Position numbers and translations under genes: made by a program. A stretch of 64,000 nt of DNA from Escherichia coli. Lineage in GTDB: Bacteria > Pseudomonadota > Gammaproteobacteria > Enterobacterales > Enterobacteriaceae. The stretch lies in NCBI RefSeq assembly GCF_003334255.1, contig NZ_QOWU01000025.1, one strand, 5' to 3'. Shown in pieces: positions 1 to 12,465 of this stretch (positions are counted from its first letter, which is position 1; each line of letters starts with the position of its first letter). Under the pieces are notes generated by a model that searched no databases, was not told the origin of the DNA, and was given only the letters and a program-made list of their open reading frames with translations.

Positions 1-2067
1 AATGTTGAAGACATCCGGATGCGCTTTTTCCACTTCATCCAGCAGGATGACGGAATACGGACGACGACGCACCGCTTCGGTCAGGTAGCCACCTTCTTCA
101 TAACCGACATATCCCGGAGGCGCACCAACCAAACGAGACACCGAGTGTTTCTCCATAAACTCGGACATATCGATACGGACCATCGCCTCGTCGCTATCAA
201 ACATAAAGTTCGCCAGCGCCTTACAAAGCTCTGTTTTCCCCACACCAGTTGGGCCGAGGAACAGGAATGAACCAATCGGGCGATTTGGATCCGCCAGCCC
301 CGCACGGCTACGACGAATAGCGTTAGATACCGCATCAACCGCTTCGTTCTGACCAATTACGCGATGGTGCAGTTCTTGCTCCATACGCAGCAGTTTTTCG
401 CGCTCGCTTTCCATCATGCGAGAAACCGGAATCCCCGTCCAACGCGCCAGCACTTCAGCAATTTCGGCGTCGGTCACTTTATTACGCAACAGACGCATAG
501 TTTTGCCTTCGAGCTGCGTTGCGGCTTCCAGTTGCTTTTCCAGTTCCGGGATTTTGCCGTATTGCAGTTCAGACATCCGCGCCAGGTCCCCCACACGGCG
601 AGCCTGTTCAATAGCGATTTTCGCCTGTTCCAGTTCCGCTTTAATGGTCTGCGTACCAGAAAGCGATGCCTTCTCTGCTTTCCACTCTTCTTCTAACTCG
701 GAGTACTGACGTTCTTTGTCGCTCAGTTCTTCGTTGAGCATATCCAGACGTTTTTTACTGGCTTCATCAGACTCTTTCATTAACGCCTGTTGTTCCAGTT
801 TGAGCTGGATGATACGACGATCGAGTCGGTCGAGTTCTTCTGGTTTTGAGTCAATCTGCATACGAATGCTGGATGCTGCTTCATCGATCAGGTCGATGGC
901 TTTATCCGGCAGCTGACGGTCAGCAATGTAGCGATGAGACAACGTCGCCGCTGCAACAATTGCCGGGTCAGTAATTTGCACATGGTGGTGCAATTCGTAA
1001 CGTTCTTTCAGGCCACGCAGAATCGCAATGGTATCTTCAACAGAAGGCTCGGCAACAAACACTTTCTGGAAACGACGTTCCAGCGCAGCATCTTTTTCAA
1101 TGTACTGGCGATATTCGTCAAGCGTCGTGGCACCTACGCAGTGCAATTCACCACGCGCCAGCGCCGGTTTCAGCATGTTTCCGGCGTCCATTGCGCCATC
1201 GGCTTTACCCGCGCCGACCATGGTATGTAATTCGTCGATAAATAGGATGACGTTGCCTTCCTGTTTGGCAAGATCGTTAAGCACGCCTTTTAAACGTTCT
1301 TCAAACTCACCGCGATATTTCGCCCCAGCCACCAGCGCGCCCATATCCAGCGCCAGTACCCGGCGGCCTTTCAACCCTTCCGGCACTTCGCCGTTGATAA
1401 TACGCTGCGCCAGACCTTCAACGATGGCAGTTTTACCGACGCCGGGTTCACCAATCAGTACCGGGTTATTTTTAGTACGACGTTGCAGCACCTGAATGGT
1501 ACGGCGAATTTCTTCATCACGACCAATCACCGGATCGAGTTTGCCCTGTTCGGCTCGTTCGGTAAGGTCGATGGTATATTTTTTCAAAGCCTGACGTTGG
1601 TCTTCAGCACCTTGATCGTTCACGCTTTCACCTCCACGCATTTGTTCAATCGCTTGAGTAATGTTGGCGGTGGTCGCCCCTGCTGCTTTCAGGATGTCGG
1701 CCAGCGTGCCGCGAGACTCAAGTGCCGCCAGAACGAACAGTTCTGACGAGATAAAGTTATCACCACGTTTTTGCGCCAGCTTGTCGCAAAGATTAAGAAC
1801 GCGCACCAGATCCTGTGATGGCTGGACATCACCACCAGTACCTTCAACCTGCGGTAAACGATTTAATGCCTGATTGATATCTGTGCGCAACTGGCCAGCA
1901 TTTATGCCAGCGGATGTTAATAAAGGACTAACCGAACCCCCTTCCTGATTCAGCAGGGCGCTCATTAAATGAAGTGGTTCGATAAATTGGTTGTCGTGCC
2001 CGAGTGCAAGTGATTGGGCATCGGCAAGAGCAAGCTGGAATTTATTAGTAAGACGATCCAGACGCAT
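1..2067 (-). CDS. clpB: ClpB disaggregase (Hsp100), N-terminal ~689 codons; 3' end lies beyond the window edge
   Basis: Reverse-strand translation from ATG at 2067 gives [27 protein letters not shown]...; reverse complement at window start encodes ...[42 protein letters not shown]; frame runs off the edge so absent from ORF track. Confidence 0.95.
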
Positions 2068-2107
2068 AACTCCTCCCATAACGGATCAAAGTTGCTACTG
2101 GAGATTA

Positions 2108-2134
2108 AATGAGGTCATCCCTCAATTATTCAAG
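2108..2134 (-). promoter_or_regulatory. Putative sigma-32 heat-shock promoter of clpB
   Basis: On the reverse strand CTTGAA, ~14 nt spacer, CCTCATTT, upstream of the clpB start; resembles sigma-32 consensus TTGAAA / CCCCATnT. Confidence 0.4.
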
Positions 2135-2196
2135 GTTATTGACCAGATTAATGTGAAAAGAAAATCACGCGTACCGGATCGTCTTGATTCTTTAGG

Positions 2197-2928
2197 TTAT
2201 ATCAGCCAAATGAAACTTGCCATACGACCGGTGGTCTTGTCGCGACGATAAGAGAAGAAAGTCTCATTTTCCGTATATGTACAACGGTCGCCGCCGAAAA
2301 TTTGCTCAACACCCACGTTCGCCAGACGCTGCCGGGCAAGCTGATAAATATCCGCCAGATACTTATCACCATGCTGAATGAAAGCTGCACTTGCTTTAGC
2401 GTCTACTGCCATAAACGCCTCGCGAACCTCCCCCCCCACTTCGAACGCGCGTGGACCAATTGCCGGCCCTAACCAGGCGAGAATATTTTCCGGATTATCA
2501 GCAAAACAGGAAACCGTCTCTTCCAGCACGCCTGCGCACAGTCCACGCCAGCCAGCATGAGCGGCGGCGACTTCCGTTCCCGCTCGATTGCAAAACAGCA
2601 CAGGGAGGCAGTCGGCAGTCATCACTGCGCAAACCGTGCCGGGCGTATTGCTATAAGAGGCATCCGCCCGTTTTGAGGCATAAGGTTCGCCAGTGAGCTT
2701 AAGCACATCTTTGCCGTGTACCTGCTCAAGCCAGACCGGTTTAGAAGGCAAATTGCCCGCAGCAAAAAGTCGCTTGCGATTCTCCTCAACGTGATCCGGG
2801 TTATCGCCACAATGGGCACCGAGGTTGAGTGAGTCATACGGGGGCAAGCTCACGCCGCCGATACGAGTGGAGCTACAGGCCGCAACACCTTTTGGCTGCG
2901 GCCACTGCGGGACAATCAGCTTACTCAT
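2197..2928 (-). CDS. yfiH: YfiH / PgeF, purine nucleoside phosphorylase-laccase-like domain protein (243 aa)
   Basis: ORF track protein MSKLIVPQWPQPKGVAACSSTRIGGVS...; conserved position between rluD and clpB. Confidence 0.9.
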   Translation of the reverse strand: MSKLIVPQWPQPKGVAACSSTRIGGVSLPPYDSLNLGAHCGDNPDHVEENRKRLFAAGNLPSKPVWLEQVHGKDVLKLTGEPYASKRADASYSNTPGTVCAVMTADCLPVLFCNRAGTEVAAAHAGWRGLCAGVLEETVSCFADNPENILAWLGPAIGPRAFEVGGEVREAFMAVDAKASAAFIQHGDKYLADIYQLARQRLANVGVEQIFGGDRCTYTENETFFSYRRDKTTGRMASFIWLI

Positions 2929-3905
2929 AACCAGTCCACTTCATCCTTATGTTCTTCGAAATCGGCGCGCATCACCTCAATCAGCTCCACCATATCTTGT
3001 GGAATAGGCGCATGCCATTCCATTTCGATGCCGGAGATCGGGTGATAAAGACGCAGCATGGTTGCATGTAGCGCCTGGCGGTCAAACTTACGCAGCGTGG
3101 AGATAAATGCTTCCGAAGCACCTTTTGGCGGACGCGGACGGCCACCATAAACCGGATCGCCCACCAGCGGATGAGTGATATGGGCCATATGCACGCGGAT
3201 CTGGTGCGTACGTCCAGTTTCCAGACGCAACCGCAGACGCGTGTGCACACGGAAGTGTTCCATGATGCGATAGTGAGTCACCGCTGGTTTGCCCATCGGA
3301 TGCACCGCCATATGGGTACGTTTGGTCGGGTGGCGACTGATTGGCTCGTCCACCGTGCCACCTGCGGTCATATGACCAATCGCCACCGCTTCATACTCAC
3401 GAGTAATTTCACGCCGTTGCAAAGATTCGACTAAACGCGTCTGAGCCGGAACGGTTTTTGCCACAACCATCAGGCCAGTGGTGTCTTTATCCAGACGATG
3501 GACGATGCCCGCACGCGGTACATCGGCAATGGGTGGATAGTAATGAAGCAACGCATTCAGTACCGTGCCATCCGGGTTACCCGCGCCAGGATGTACCACC
3601 AGGTCGCGCGGTTTATTAATGATAATAATGTCTTCATCTTCATAGACGATATCCAGCGGGATATCCTGCGGTTCAAAACGCGCTTCTTCTTCAATCTCAG
3701 CGTTGATGGCAACCTGCTCGCCACCCAATACTTTTTCTTTCGGCTTATCACAAACTTTGCCGTTAACCAGCACTCGCTGGTCGAGGATCCATTCTTTTAT
3801 TCGCGAACGTGAATAATCCGGGAACATTTCGGCCAAAGCCTGATCTAAGCGTTGACCGAGTTGGTTTTCGGACACCGTTGCAGTGAGCTGTACTCGTTGT
3901 GCCAT
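2925..3905 (-). CDS. rluD: 23S rRNA pseudouridine synthase RluD (326 aa)
   Basis: ORF track protein MAQRVQLTATVSENQLGQRLDQALAEMFPDY... with HRLDKDTTGLMVVAK catalytic motif; 4-bp overlap with yfiH. Confidence 0.95.
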   Translation of the reverse strand: MAQRVQLTATVSENQLGQRLDQALAEMFPDYSRSRIKEWILDQRVLVNGKVCDKPKEKVLGGEQVAINAEIEEEARFEPQDIPLDIVYEDEDIIIINKPRDLVVHPGAGNPDGTVLNALLHYYPPIADVPRAGIVHRLDKDTTGLMVVAKTVPAQTRLVESLQRREITREYEAVAIGHMTAGGTVDEPISRHPTKRTHMAVHPMGKPAVTHYRIMEHFRVHTRLRLRLETGRTHQIRVHMAHITHPLVGDPVYGGRPRPPKGASEAFISTLRKFDRQALHATMLRLYHPISGIEMEWHAPIPQDMVELIEVMRADFEEHKDEVDWL

Positions 3906-4039
3906 ATATACTGCTTCTTCGTTTATCGTTGGGGTTTTACGGCTTTGCCGTTTAATATAGTGTGCTATTGTAGCTGGTCTTAACCGGGAGCAGGAACAGA
4001 GAATCTCCCGTATTACATTTTGAGGAAAGTCAAAACGTC

Positions 4040-4777
4040 ATGACGCGCATGAAATATCTGGTGGCAGCCGCCACACTAAGCCTGTTTTTGGCGGGTTGCT
4101 CGGGGTCAAAGGAAGAAGTACCTGATAATCCGCCAAATGAAATTTACGCGACTGCACAACAAAAGCTGCAGGACGGTAACTGGAGACAGGCAATAACGCA
4201 ACTGGAAGCGTTAGATAATCGCTATCCGTTTGGTCCGTATTCGCAGCAGGTGCAGCTGGATCTCATCTACGCCTACTATAAAAACGCCGATTTGCCGTTA
4301 GCACAGGCTGCCATCGATCGTTTTATTCGCCTTAACCCGACCCATCCGAATATCGATTATGTCATGTACATGCGTGGCCTGACCAATATGGCGCTGGATG
4401 ACAGTGCGCTGCAAGGGTTCTTTGGCGTCGATCGTAGCGATCGCGATCCTCAACATGCACGAGCTGCGTTTAGTGACTTTTCCAAACTGGTGCGCGGCTA
4501 TCCGAACAGTCAGTACACCACCGATGCCACCAAACGTCTGGTATTCCTGAAAGATCGTCTGGCGAAATATGAATACTCCGTGGCCGAGTACTATACAGAA
4601 CGTGGCGCATGGGTTGCCGTCGTTAACCGCGTAGAAGGCATGTTGCGCGACTACCCGGATACCCAGGCTACGCGTGATGCGCTGCCGCTGATGGAAAATG
4701 CATACCGTCAGATGCAGATGAATGCGCAAGCTGAAAAAGTAGCGAAAATCATCGCCGCAAACAGCAGCAATACATAA
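4040..4777 (+). CDS. bamD: Outer membrane protein assembly lipoprotein BamD (245 aa)
   Basis: ORF track protein [26 protein letters not shown]... with lipobox LAGC. Confidence 0.95.
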
Positions 4778-4795
4778 CAGAAACCTGAAACACAA

Positions 4796-4826
4796 AACGG
4801 CAGCCCTTGAGCTGCCGTTTTTTTAT
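4796..4826 (+). terminator. Rho-independent terminator after bamD
   Basis: Hairpin cggcagccc-ttga-gctgccg followed by T-run. Confidence 0.5.
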
Positions 4827-4993
4827 TCTGTCAGTTGTGAAACTGAAGCGATTTAGTCGCTATCGATCTCATCAAATATGGCTCGCTTTGAGATATTCCT
4901 CAAGTAAAAAAACATCTCTTCCTGCGATTTCTCACAAAAAAGATTCGTTGACAAAAAGTGACAAAATTATGAGATTTTCATCACACATTTTGA

Positions 4994-5389
<396 letters not shown>

Positions 5390-5412
5390 TCCTTTATATT
5401 GAGTGTATCGCC

Positions 5413-5437
5413 AACGCGCCTTCGGGCGCGTTTTTTG
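5413..5437 (+). terminator. Rho-independent terminator after raiA
   Basis: Hairpin cgcgccttcgggcgcg followed by TTTTTT. Confidence 0.5.
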
Positions 5438-5470
5438 TTGACAGCGTGAAAACAGTACGGGTACTGTACT
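5438..5470 (+). promoter_or_regulatory. Putative pheL-pheA promoter
   Basis: TTGACA -35-like hexamer followed about 17 bp later by an A/T-rich -10 region, upstream of the leader peptide. Confidence 0.4.
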
Positions 5471-5492
5471 AAAGTCACTTAAGGAAACAAAC

Positions 5493-5540
5493 ATGAAACA
5501 CATACCGTTTTTCTTCGCATTCTTTTTTACCTTCCCCTGA
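5493..5540 (+). CDS. pheL: pheA leader peptide (15 aa, Phe-rich)
   Basis: Small ORF atgaaacacataccgtttttcttcgcattcttttttaccttcccctga = [15 protein letters not shown], seven Phe codons; below ORF-track size cutoff. Confidence 0.85.
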
Positions 5541-5618
5541 ATGGGAGGCGTTTCGTCGTGTGAAACAGAATGCGAAGACGAACAATAAGGCCTCCCAAAT
5601 CGGGGGGCCTTTTTTATT
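5541..5618 (+). promoter_or_regulatory. pheA transcription attenuator (terminator hairpin plus T-run)
   Basis: Between pheL and pheA: aaggcctcccaaatcggggggcc hairpin followed by TTTTTTATT; classic attenuation arrangement. Confidence 0.8.
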
Positions 5619-5638
5619 GATAACAAAAAGGCAACACT

Positions 5639-6799
5639 ATGACATCGGAAAACCCGTTACTGGCGCTGCGAGAGAAAATCAGCGCGCTGGATGAAAAATT
5701 ATTAGCGTTACTGGCAGAACGGCGCGAACTGGCCGTCGAGGTGGGAAAAGCCAAACTGCTCTCGCATCGCCCGGTACGTGATATTGATCGTGAACGCGAT
5801 TTGCTGGAAAGATTAATTACGCTCGGTAAAGCGCACCATCTGGACGCCCATTACATTACTCGCCTGTTCCAGCTCATCATTGAAGATTCCGTATTAACTC
5901 AGCAGGCTTTGCTCCAACAACATCTCAATAAAATTAATCCGCACTCAGCACGCATCGCTTTTCTCGGCCCCAAAGGTTCTTATTCCCATCTTGCGGCGCG
6001 CCAGTATGCTGCCCGTCACTTTGAGCAATTCATTGAAAGTGGCTGCGCCAAATTTGCCGATATTTTTAATCAGGTGGAAACCGGCCAGGCCGACTATGCC
6101 GTCGTACCGATTGAAAATACCAGCTCCGGTGCCATAAACGACGTTTACGATCTGCTGCAACATACCAGCTTGTCGATTGTTGGCGAGATGACGTTAACTA
6201 TCGACCATTGTTTGTTGGTCTCCGGCACTACTGATTTATCCACCATCAATACGGTCTACAGCCATCCGCAGCCATTCCAGCAATGCAGCAAATTCCTTAA
6301 TCGTTATCCGCACTGGAAGATTGAATATACCGAAAGTACGTCTGCGGCAATGGAAAAGGTTGCACAGGCAAAATCACCGCATGTTGCTGCGTTGGGAAGC
6401 GAAGCTGGCGGCACTTTGTACGGTTTGCAGGTACTGGAGCGTATTGAAGCAAATCAGCGACAAAACTTCACCCGATTTGTGGTGTTGGCGCGTAAAGCCA
6501 TTAACGTGTCTGATCAGGTTCCGGCGAAAACCACGTTGTTAATGGCGACCGGGCAACAAGCCGGTGCGCTGGTTGAAGCGTTGCTGGTACTGCGCAACCA
6601 CAATCTGATTATGACCCGTCTGGAATCACGCCCGATTCACGGTAATCCATGGGAAGAGATGTTCTATCTGGATATTCAGGCCAATCTTGAATCAGCGGAA
6701 ATGCAAAAAGCATTGAAAGAGTTAGGGGAAATCACCCGTTCAATGAAGGTATTGGGCTGTTACCCAAGTGAGAACGTAGTGCCTGTTGATCCAACCTGA
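5639..6799 (+). CDS. pheA: Bifunctional chorismate mutase / prephenate dehydratase PheA (386 aa)
   Basis: ORF track protein [39 protein letters not shown]... Confidence 0.97.
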
Positions 6800-6805
6800 T
6801 GAAAA

Positions 6806-6834
6806 GGTGCCGGATGATGTGAATCATCCGGCAC
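6806..6834. terminator. Bidirectional terminator between convergent pheA and tyrA
   Basis: Palindrome gccggatgat-gtgaa-tcatccggc flanked by A-run and T-rich sequence. Confidence 0.5.
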
Positions 6835-6841
6835 TGGATTA

Positions 6842-7963
6842 TTACTGGCGATTGTCATTCGCCTGACGCAATAACACGCGGCTTTCACTCTGAAAACGCT
6901 GTGCGTAATCGCCGAACCAGTGCTCCACCTTGCGGAAACTGTCAATAAACGCCTGCTTATCGCCCTGCTCCAGCAACTCAATCGCCTCGCCGAAACGCTT
7001 ATAGTAACGTTTGATTAACGCCAGATTACGCTCTGACGACATAATGATGTCGGCATAAAGCTGCGGATCCTGAGCAAACAGTCGCCCGACCATCGCCAGC
7101 TCAAGGCGGTAAATCGGCGAAGAGAGCGCCAGAAGTTGCTCAAGCTGAACATTTTCTTCTGCCAGGTGCAGCCCGTAAGCAAAAGTAGCAAAGTGGCGCA
7201 GTGCCTGAATAAACGCCATATTCTGATCGTGCTCGACGGCGCTAATACGATGCAGCCGAGCGCCCCAGACCTGAATTTGCTCCAGAAACCATTGGTATGC
7301 TTCCGGTTTACGTCCATCACACCAGACCACAACTTGCTTTGCCAGGCTACCGCTGTCCGGACCGAACATCGGGTGTAGCCCCAGCACCGGACCATCATGC
7401 GCCACCAGCATGGCCTGTAATGGCCCATTTTTCACTGATGCCAGATCGACCAGAATACAATCTTTCGGTAAAGGCGGTAATTTGCCAATAACTTGCTCAG
7501 TAACGTGGATTGGCACACTAACAATCACCATTCCGGCATCGGCAACAATATCAGCCGCTCGATCCCAGTCATGTTGCTCCAGAATCCGCACCTGATAACC
7601 CGAGAGGGTCAGCATCTTCTCGAACAGGCGTCCCATCTGACCGCCACCGCCGACGATAACCACCGGACGCAGTGACGGACAAAGTGTTTTAAATCCTTTG
7701 TCGTTTTCACTGGAGTAAGATTCACGCATCACCCGACGCAAAACATCCTCAATCAGATCTGGCGGTACACCCAGAGCTTCCGCCTCTGCACGACGCGAGG
7801 CCAACATAGATGCCTCGCGCTCCGGAACATAAATAGGCAGTCCAAAGCGGCTTTTCACCTCGCCCACTTCAGCAACCAGTTCCAGACGCTTCGCTAATAA
7901 ATTCAGCAGCGCTTTATCGACTTCATCAATTTGATCGCGTAATGCGGTCAATTCAGCAACCAT
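6842..7963 (-). CDS. tyrA: Bifunctional chorismate mutase / prephenate dehydrogenase TyrA (373 aa)
   Basis: ORF track protein [37 protein letters not shown]... Confidence 0.97.
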   Translation of the reverse strand: MVAELTALRDQIDEVDKALLNLLAKRLELVAEVGEVKSRFGLPIYVPEREASMLASRRAEAEALGVPPDLIEDVLRRVMRESYSSENDKGFKTLCPSLRPVVIVGGGGQMGRLFEKMLTLSGYQVRILEQHDWDRAADIVADAGMVIVSVPIHVTEQVIGKLPPLPKDCILVDLASVKNGPLQAMLVAHDGPVLGLHPMFGPDSGSLAKQVVVWCDGRKPEAYQWFLEQIQVWGARLHRISAVEHDQNMAFIQALRHFATFAYGLHLAEENVQLEQLLALSSPIYRLELAMVGRLFAQDPQLYADIIMSSERNLALIKRYYKRFGEAIELLEQGDKQAFIDSFRKVEHWFGDYAQRFQSESRVLLRQANDNRQ

Positions 7964-7973
7964 AATAAACCTC

Positions 7974-9044
7974 TTAAGCCACGCGAGCCGTCAGCTGCCC
8001 GTTCAGATCCTGATGAATTTCACGCAGCAAGGCATCGGTCATTTCCCAGCTAATGCAGGCATCGGTTACGGATACACCGTATTTCATTTCACTGCGCGGT
8101 TGCTCGGAAGACTGATTGCCCTCGTGGATATTACTTTCGATCATCAGACCAATAATTGAGCGATTGCCATCTTTGATTTGAGCAACCACGGATTCTGCCA
8201 CCGCAGGCTGACGGCGATAATCTTTATTGGAATTACCGTGGCTGCAATCTACCATCAGAGACGGGCGCAGTCCCGCCTGTTCCATCTCTTTTTCACATTG
8301 CGCAACATCCGCAGGGCTATAGTTCGGCGCTTTACCACCGCGCAGGATCACATGGCCGTCCGGATTCCCCTGAGTTTGTAGCAACGCAACCTGCCCTGCC
8401 TGGTTAATGCCAACAAAACGGTGCGGCTGGGCGGCGGCGCGCATAGCGTTAATTGCTGTTGCCAGACTGCCGTCGGTGCCGTTTTTAAAACCAACCGGCA
8501 TGGAAAGCCCGGAGGCCATTTCACGGTGAGTTTGCGATTCCGTTGTACGAGCACCAATTGCTGACCAGCTAAACAGATCGCCCAGGTATTGCGGGCTATT
8601 CGGATCTAACGCTTCCGTCGCCAGTGGCAGTCCCATATTCACCAGCTCAAGCAGCAATTTACGCGCGATCTGCAGCCCGGCTTCTACATCAAAAGAGCCA
8701 TCCATATGGGGATCGTTAATTAACCCTTTCCAGCCGACAGTGGTACGGGGTTTTTCAAAATAGACGCGCATTACCAGATAGAGGCTATCGCTGACCTCTG
8801 CGGCAAGGGCTTTAAATCGACGAGCATATTCCAGAGCAGTTTCCGGATCATGAATGGAACAAGGACCACATACTACCAGCAGACGAGGATCGCGCCCGGC
8901 GATAATATCTGAAATGCTTTTACGCGAGTCAGCAATCTGGGCTTCTTGTTGCAGGCTCAATGGAAAAGCGGCCTTCAGTTGTTCCGGAGTCATTAAAACC
9001 TGTTCGTCGGTAATATGTACGTTATTCAGCGCGTCTTTTTGCAT
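7974..9044 (-). CDS. aroF: Tyr-sensitive DAHP synthase AroF (356 aa)
   Basis: ORF track ORF 7974..9113 trimmed by 23 codons to the internal Met giving [30 protein letters not shown]... Confidence 0.95.
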   Translation of the reverse strand: MQKDALNNVHITDEQVLMTPEQLKAAFPLSLQQEAQIADSRKSISDIIAGRDPRLLVVCGPCSIHDPETALEYARRFKALAAEVSDSLYLVMRVYFEKPRTTVGWKGLINDPHMDGSFDVEAGLQIARKLLLELVNMGLPLATEALDPNSPQYLGDLFSWSAIGARTTESQTHREMASGLSMPVGFKNGTDGSLATAINAMRAAAQPHRFVGINQAGQVALLQTQGNPDGHVILRGGKAPNYSPADVAQCEKEMEQAGLRPSLMVDCSHGNSNKDYRRQPAVAESVVAQIKDGNRSIIGLMIESNIHEGNQSSEQPRSEMKYGVSVTDACISWEMTDALLREIHQDLNGQLTARVA

Positions 9045-9139
9045 GATGGCGATCCTGTTTATGCTCGTTTGCGATAGTTGATCCTCAGCGAGGATGACGT
9101 AACGATAACACATAAAGTAAAGTTTTCAATCCATATTTC

Positions 9140-9198
9140 GTACATTTTTATTTACACAGGCAATTTAGTCGCGCTTTCAACCCTTACCTCTGTATAGA
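9140..9198 (-). promoter_or_regulatory. TyrR boxes upstream of aroF
   Basis: tgtatagataaatttaca (about 9181-9198) matches TGTAAA-N6-TTTACA with one mismatch; a weaker second box tgtaaataaaaatgtacg on the reverse strand at about 9140-9157. Confidence 0.5.
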
Positions 9199-9253
9199 TA
9201 AATTTACACTCCCTTTGAAAACAATCCGCTATGCTTTGAAAAAGGAGAAAGAA

Positions 9254-9619
9254 ATGATGAAAAAGTTTATCGCCCCCTTGTTGGCTTTACTGGTTAGCGG
9301 ATGTCAGATTGATCCTTATACTCACGCGCCAACCTTGACCAGCACCGACTGGTATGATGTCGGTATGGAAGATGCGATATCGGGCAGCGCCATAAAAGAT
9401 GACGATGCATTTAGCGATTCACAGGCGGATCGCGGTCTATACCTTAAAGGATATGCCGAAGGACAAAAGAAAACTTGCCAGACCGATTTTACTTATGCCC
9501 GAGGACTTTCCGGTAAAAGCTTTCCTGCCAGCTGCAACAATGTTGAAAATGCCAGCCAACTGCATGAAGTATGGCAAAAAGGGGCTGATGAAAATGCCAG
9601 CACAATACGATTAAATTAA
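9254..9619 (+). CDS. yfiL: Small lipoprotein YfiL (121 aa)
   Basis: ORF 9215..9619 trimmed to MMKKFIAPLLALLVSGCQIDPY... (lipobox LVSGC); start choice between 9215 and 9254 is uncertain. Confidence 0.8.
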   Translation: MMKKFIAPLLALLVSGCQIDPYTHAPTLTSTDWYDVGMEDAISGSAIKDDDAFSDSQADRGLYLKGYAEGQKKTCQTDFTYARGLSGKSFPASCNNVENASQLHEVWQKGADENASTIRLN

Positions 9620-9768
9620 TTAAAACCCCACAAATAAATTAAACATAAGATTTTACTCATTGTGTTTTATTTCTCACATTGATGACGGTCGCATGAAAAA
9701 ATGATATTTTAATGAGCATTCTGAAAAAATATCGATGCATTTCGAGCGAAGATGGTGGGGATCCCTGA

Positions 9769-10287
9769 ATGCGTTTTTCTCACCGACTGTTCTTACTTCT
9801 GATTCTCCTGCTGACGGGAGCACCAATACTCGCTCAGGAGCCTTCTGACGTTGCGAAAAACGTGCGTATGATGGTTTCCGGTATTGTCAGTTACACCCGC
9901 TGGCCTGCGCTATCAGGGCCACCAAAGTTATGTATCTTTTCATCTTCACGTTTTAGTACCGCCCTACAAGAGAATGCCGCGACATCTTTGCCTTATCTGC
10001 CTGTCATCATTCACACTCAACAAGAGGCGATGATTTCAGGCTGCAATGGTTTTTATTTTGGCAACGAGTCACCGACATTCCAGATGGAATTAACCGAACA
10101 ATATCCGTCAAAGGCGTTATTATTAATTGCCGAACAAAATACCGTGTGCATTATTGGTAGCGCCTTTTGTCTGATCATCCACAATAATGACGTCAGATTT
10201 GCCGTAAACCTGGATGCCTTATCGCGTAGCGGTGTAAAGGTCAACCCGGATGTCTTAATGCTCGCACGGAAGAAAAATGATGGATAA
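9769..10287 (+). CDS. yfiR: Periplasmic inhibitor of DgcN, YfiR (172 aa)
   Basis: ORF track protein [38 protein letters not shown]... with signal peptide; first gene of yfiRNB. Confidence 0.9.
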   Translation: MRFSHRLFLLLILLLTGAPILAQEPSDVAKNVRMMVSGIVSYTRWPALSGPPKLCIFSSSRFSTALQENAATSLPYLPVIIHTQQEAMISGCNGFYFGNESPTFQMELTEQYPSKALLLIAEQNTVCIIGSAFCLIIHNNDVRFAVNLDALSRSGVKVNPDVLMLARKKNDG

Positions 10288-11503
10288 CGATAATTCTCTT
10301 AATAAGCGCCCCACGTTTAAAAGAGCATTACGCAACATCAGTATGACCAGCATATTTATCACTATGATGCTGATCTGGTTGCTGCTTTCCGTGACCTCGG
10401 TGCTGACCCTGAAACAGTACGCGCAAAAAAACCTGGCACTGACAGCAGCAACAATGACTTACAGTCTGGAAGCAGCTGTCGTTTTTGCCGATGGCCCTGC
10501 AGCAACTGAAACACTGGCAGCGCTGGGCCAGCAAGGGCAATTTTCAACTGCAGAAGTACGTGATAAGCAGCAAAATATTCTGGCATCCTGGCATTACACC
10601 CGTAAGGATCCAGGCGATACTTTCAGTAATTTCATAAGCCACTGGCTCTTCCCTGCCCCCATCATTCAGCCGATTCGTCACAATGGTGAAACCATTGGCG
10701 AAGTACGCTTAACCGCTCGCGACAGTTCAATCAGCCATTTTATCTGGTTTTCGCTCGCCGTACTGACCGGTTGTATTCTGCTGGCATCAGGCATCGCAAT
10801 TACCCTCACCCGCCATTTGCACAATGGCCTGGTAGAAGCGCTGAAAAATATCACCGATGTCGTACATGATGTGCGTTCCAACCGCAATTTTTCCCGACGA
10901 GTTTCGGAAGAACGTATCGCTGAGTTTCACCGCTTCGCTCTCGACTTCAACAGTCTGCTGGATGAAATGGAAGAGTGGCAGCTTCGTTTACAGGCTAAAA
11001 ATGCGCAGCTTCTACGTACCGCGCTACATGACCCATTAACCGGGCTGGCTAACCGCGCAGCGTTTCGTAGCGGCATCAACACGTTGATGAACAATTCCGA
11101 TGCCCGAAAAACGTCGGCGTTACTATTTCTTGATGGCGATAATTTCAAATACATCAATGATACCTGGGGTCATGCGACGGGCGATAGAGTCTTGATTGAA
11201 ATCGCAAAACGGTTAGCTGAATTTGGCGGGCTGCGACATAAAGCATACCGCCTGGGCGGCGATGAATTCGCTATGGTGCTCTATGATGTACAGTCGGAAT
11301 CTGAAGTGCAGCAGATATGTTCAGCACTGACACAAATCTTTAATCTCCCGTTTGATCTTCATAATGGCCATCAGACCACCATGACATTAAGCATTGGTTA
11401 CGCGATGACCATTGAGCACGCCTCTGCGGAAAAATTACAAGAGCTTGCCGATCACAATATGTATCAGGCCAAACACCAGCGTGCCGAAAAGCTGGTGAGA
11501 TAA
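10277..11503 (+). CDS. dgcN: Membrane diguanylate cyclase DgcN / YfiN (408 aa)
   Basis: ORF track protein with GGDEF motif ([11 protein letters not shown]), TM segments and HAMP-like region; overlaps yfiR stop. Confidence 0.93.
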   Translation: MMDNDNSLNKRPTFKRALRNISMTSIFITMMLIWLLLSVTSVLTLKQYAQKNLALTAATMTYSLEAAVVFADGPAATETLAALGQQGQFSTAEVRDKQQNILASWHYTRKDPGDTFSNFISHWLFPAPIIQPIRHNGETIGEVRLTARDSSISHFIWFSLAVLTGCILLASGIAITLTRHLHNGLVEALKNITDVVHDVRSNRNFSRRVSEERIAEFHRFALDFNSLLDEMEEWQLRLQAKNAQLLRTALHDPLTGLANRAAFRSGINTLMNNSDARKTSALLFLDGDNFKYINDTWGHATGDRVLIEIAKRLAEFGGLRHKAYRLGGDEFAMVLYDVQSESEVQQICSALTQIFNLPFDLHNGHQTTMTLSIGYAMTIEHASAEKLQELADHNMYQAKHQRAEKLVR

Positions 11504-11518
11504 CAAGGATATATCGAT

Positions 11519-12001
11519 ATGATAAAGCACCTGGTAGCACCCCTGGTTTTCACCTCACTAATACTGACTGGCTGCCAGTCCCCTCAGGGAAAGTTTACTC
11601 CTGAGCAAGTCGCCGCTATGCAATCTTATGGATTTACTGAATCCGCCGGCGACTGGTCGCTGGGCTTATCAGATGCCATTCTGTTCGCAAAAAATGACTA
11701 CAAATTGCTCCCGGAAAGCCAGCAACAGATCCAAACCATGGCAGCTAAATTGGCCTCGACAGGGCTAACACATGCCCGTATGGATGGACACACCGATAAC
11801 TATGGTGAAGACAGTTACAACGAAGGCTTATCATTGAAACGGGCGAATGTCGTGGCCGATGCATGGGCTATGGGTGGACAAATTCCACGCAGCAATCTCA
11901 CCACACAGGGTTTAGGAAAAAAATATCCCATAGCCAGTAACAAGACCGCCCAGGGCCGCGCCGAGAACCGCCGCGTCGCAGTGGTGATTACTACCCCTTA
12001 A
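11519..12001 (+). CDS. yfiB: OmpA-family lipoprotein YfiB (160 aa)
   Basis: ORF track protein MIKHLVAPLVFTSLILTGCQSPQ... (lipobox) with OmpA-like C-terminus NRRVAVVITTP. Confidence 0.9.
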   Translation: MIKHLVAPLVFTSLILTGCQSPQGKFTPEQVAAMQSYGFTESAGDWSLGLSDAILFAKNDYKLLPESQQQIQTMAAKLASTGLTHARMDGHTDNYGEDSYNEGLSLKRANVVADAWAMGGQIPRSNLTTQGLGKKYPIASNKTAQGRAENRRVAVVITTP

Positions 12002-12020
12002 AACACCAGCAAACAGATAA

Positions 12021-12050
12021 AAAAGGGCCAGCCAATTGGCCAGCCCTTCT
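12021..12050. terminator. Putative bidirectional terminator between yfiB and rplS
   Basis: Palindromic aagggccagccaattggccagccctt between convergent genes. Confidence 0.4.
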
Positions 12051-12076
12051 TAACAGGATGTCGCTTAAGCGAAATC

Positions 12077-12427
<351 letters not shown>

Positions 12428-12465
12428 TTAATCTCTTATCCTGGGTAAACTGATATCTCGGGGGC

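Noticed and set aside
1028-1495. 155-aa plus-strand ORF (and neighbours 364..696, 934..1230, 1483..1746) inside clpB
   Set aside because: Antisense shadow ORFs within a strongly supported ClpB coding region; no RBS; Ala/Ser/Arg-rich low-complexity translations typical of the reverse frame of GC-rich genes.
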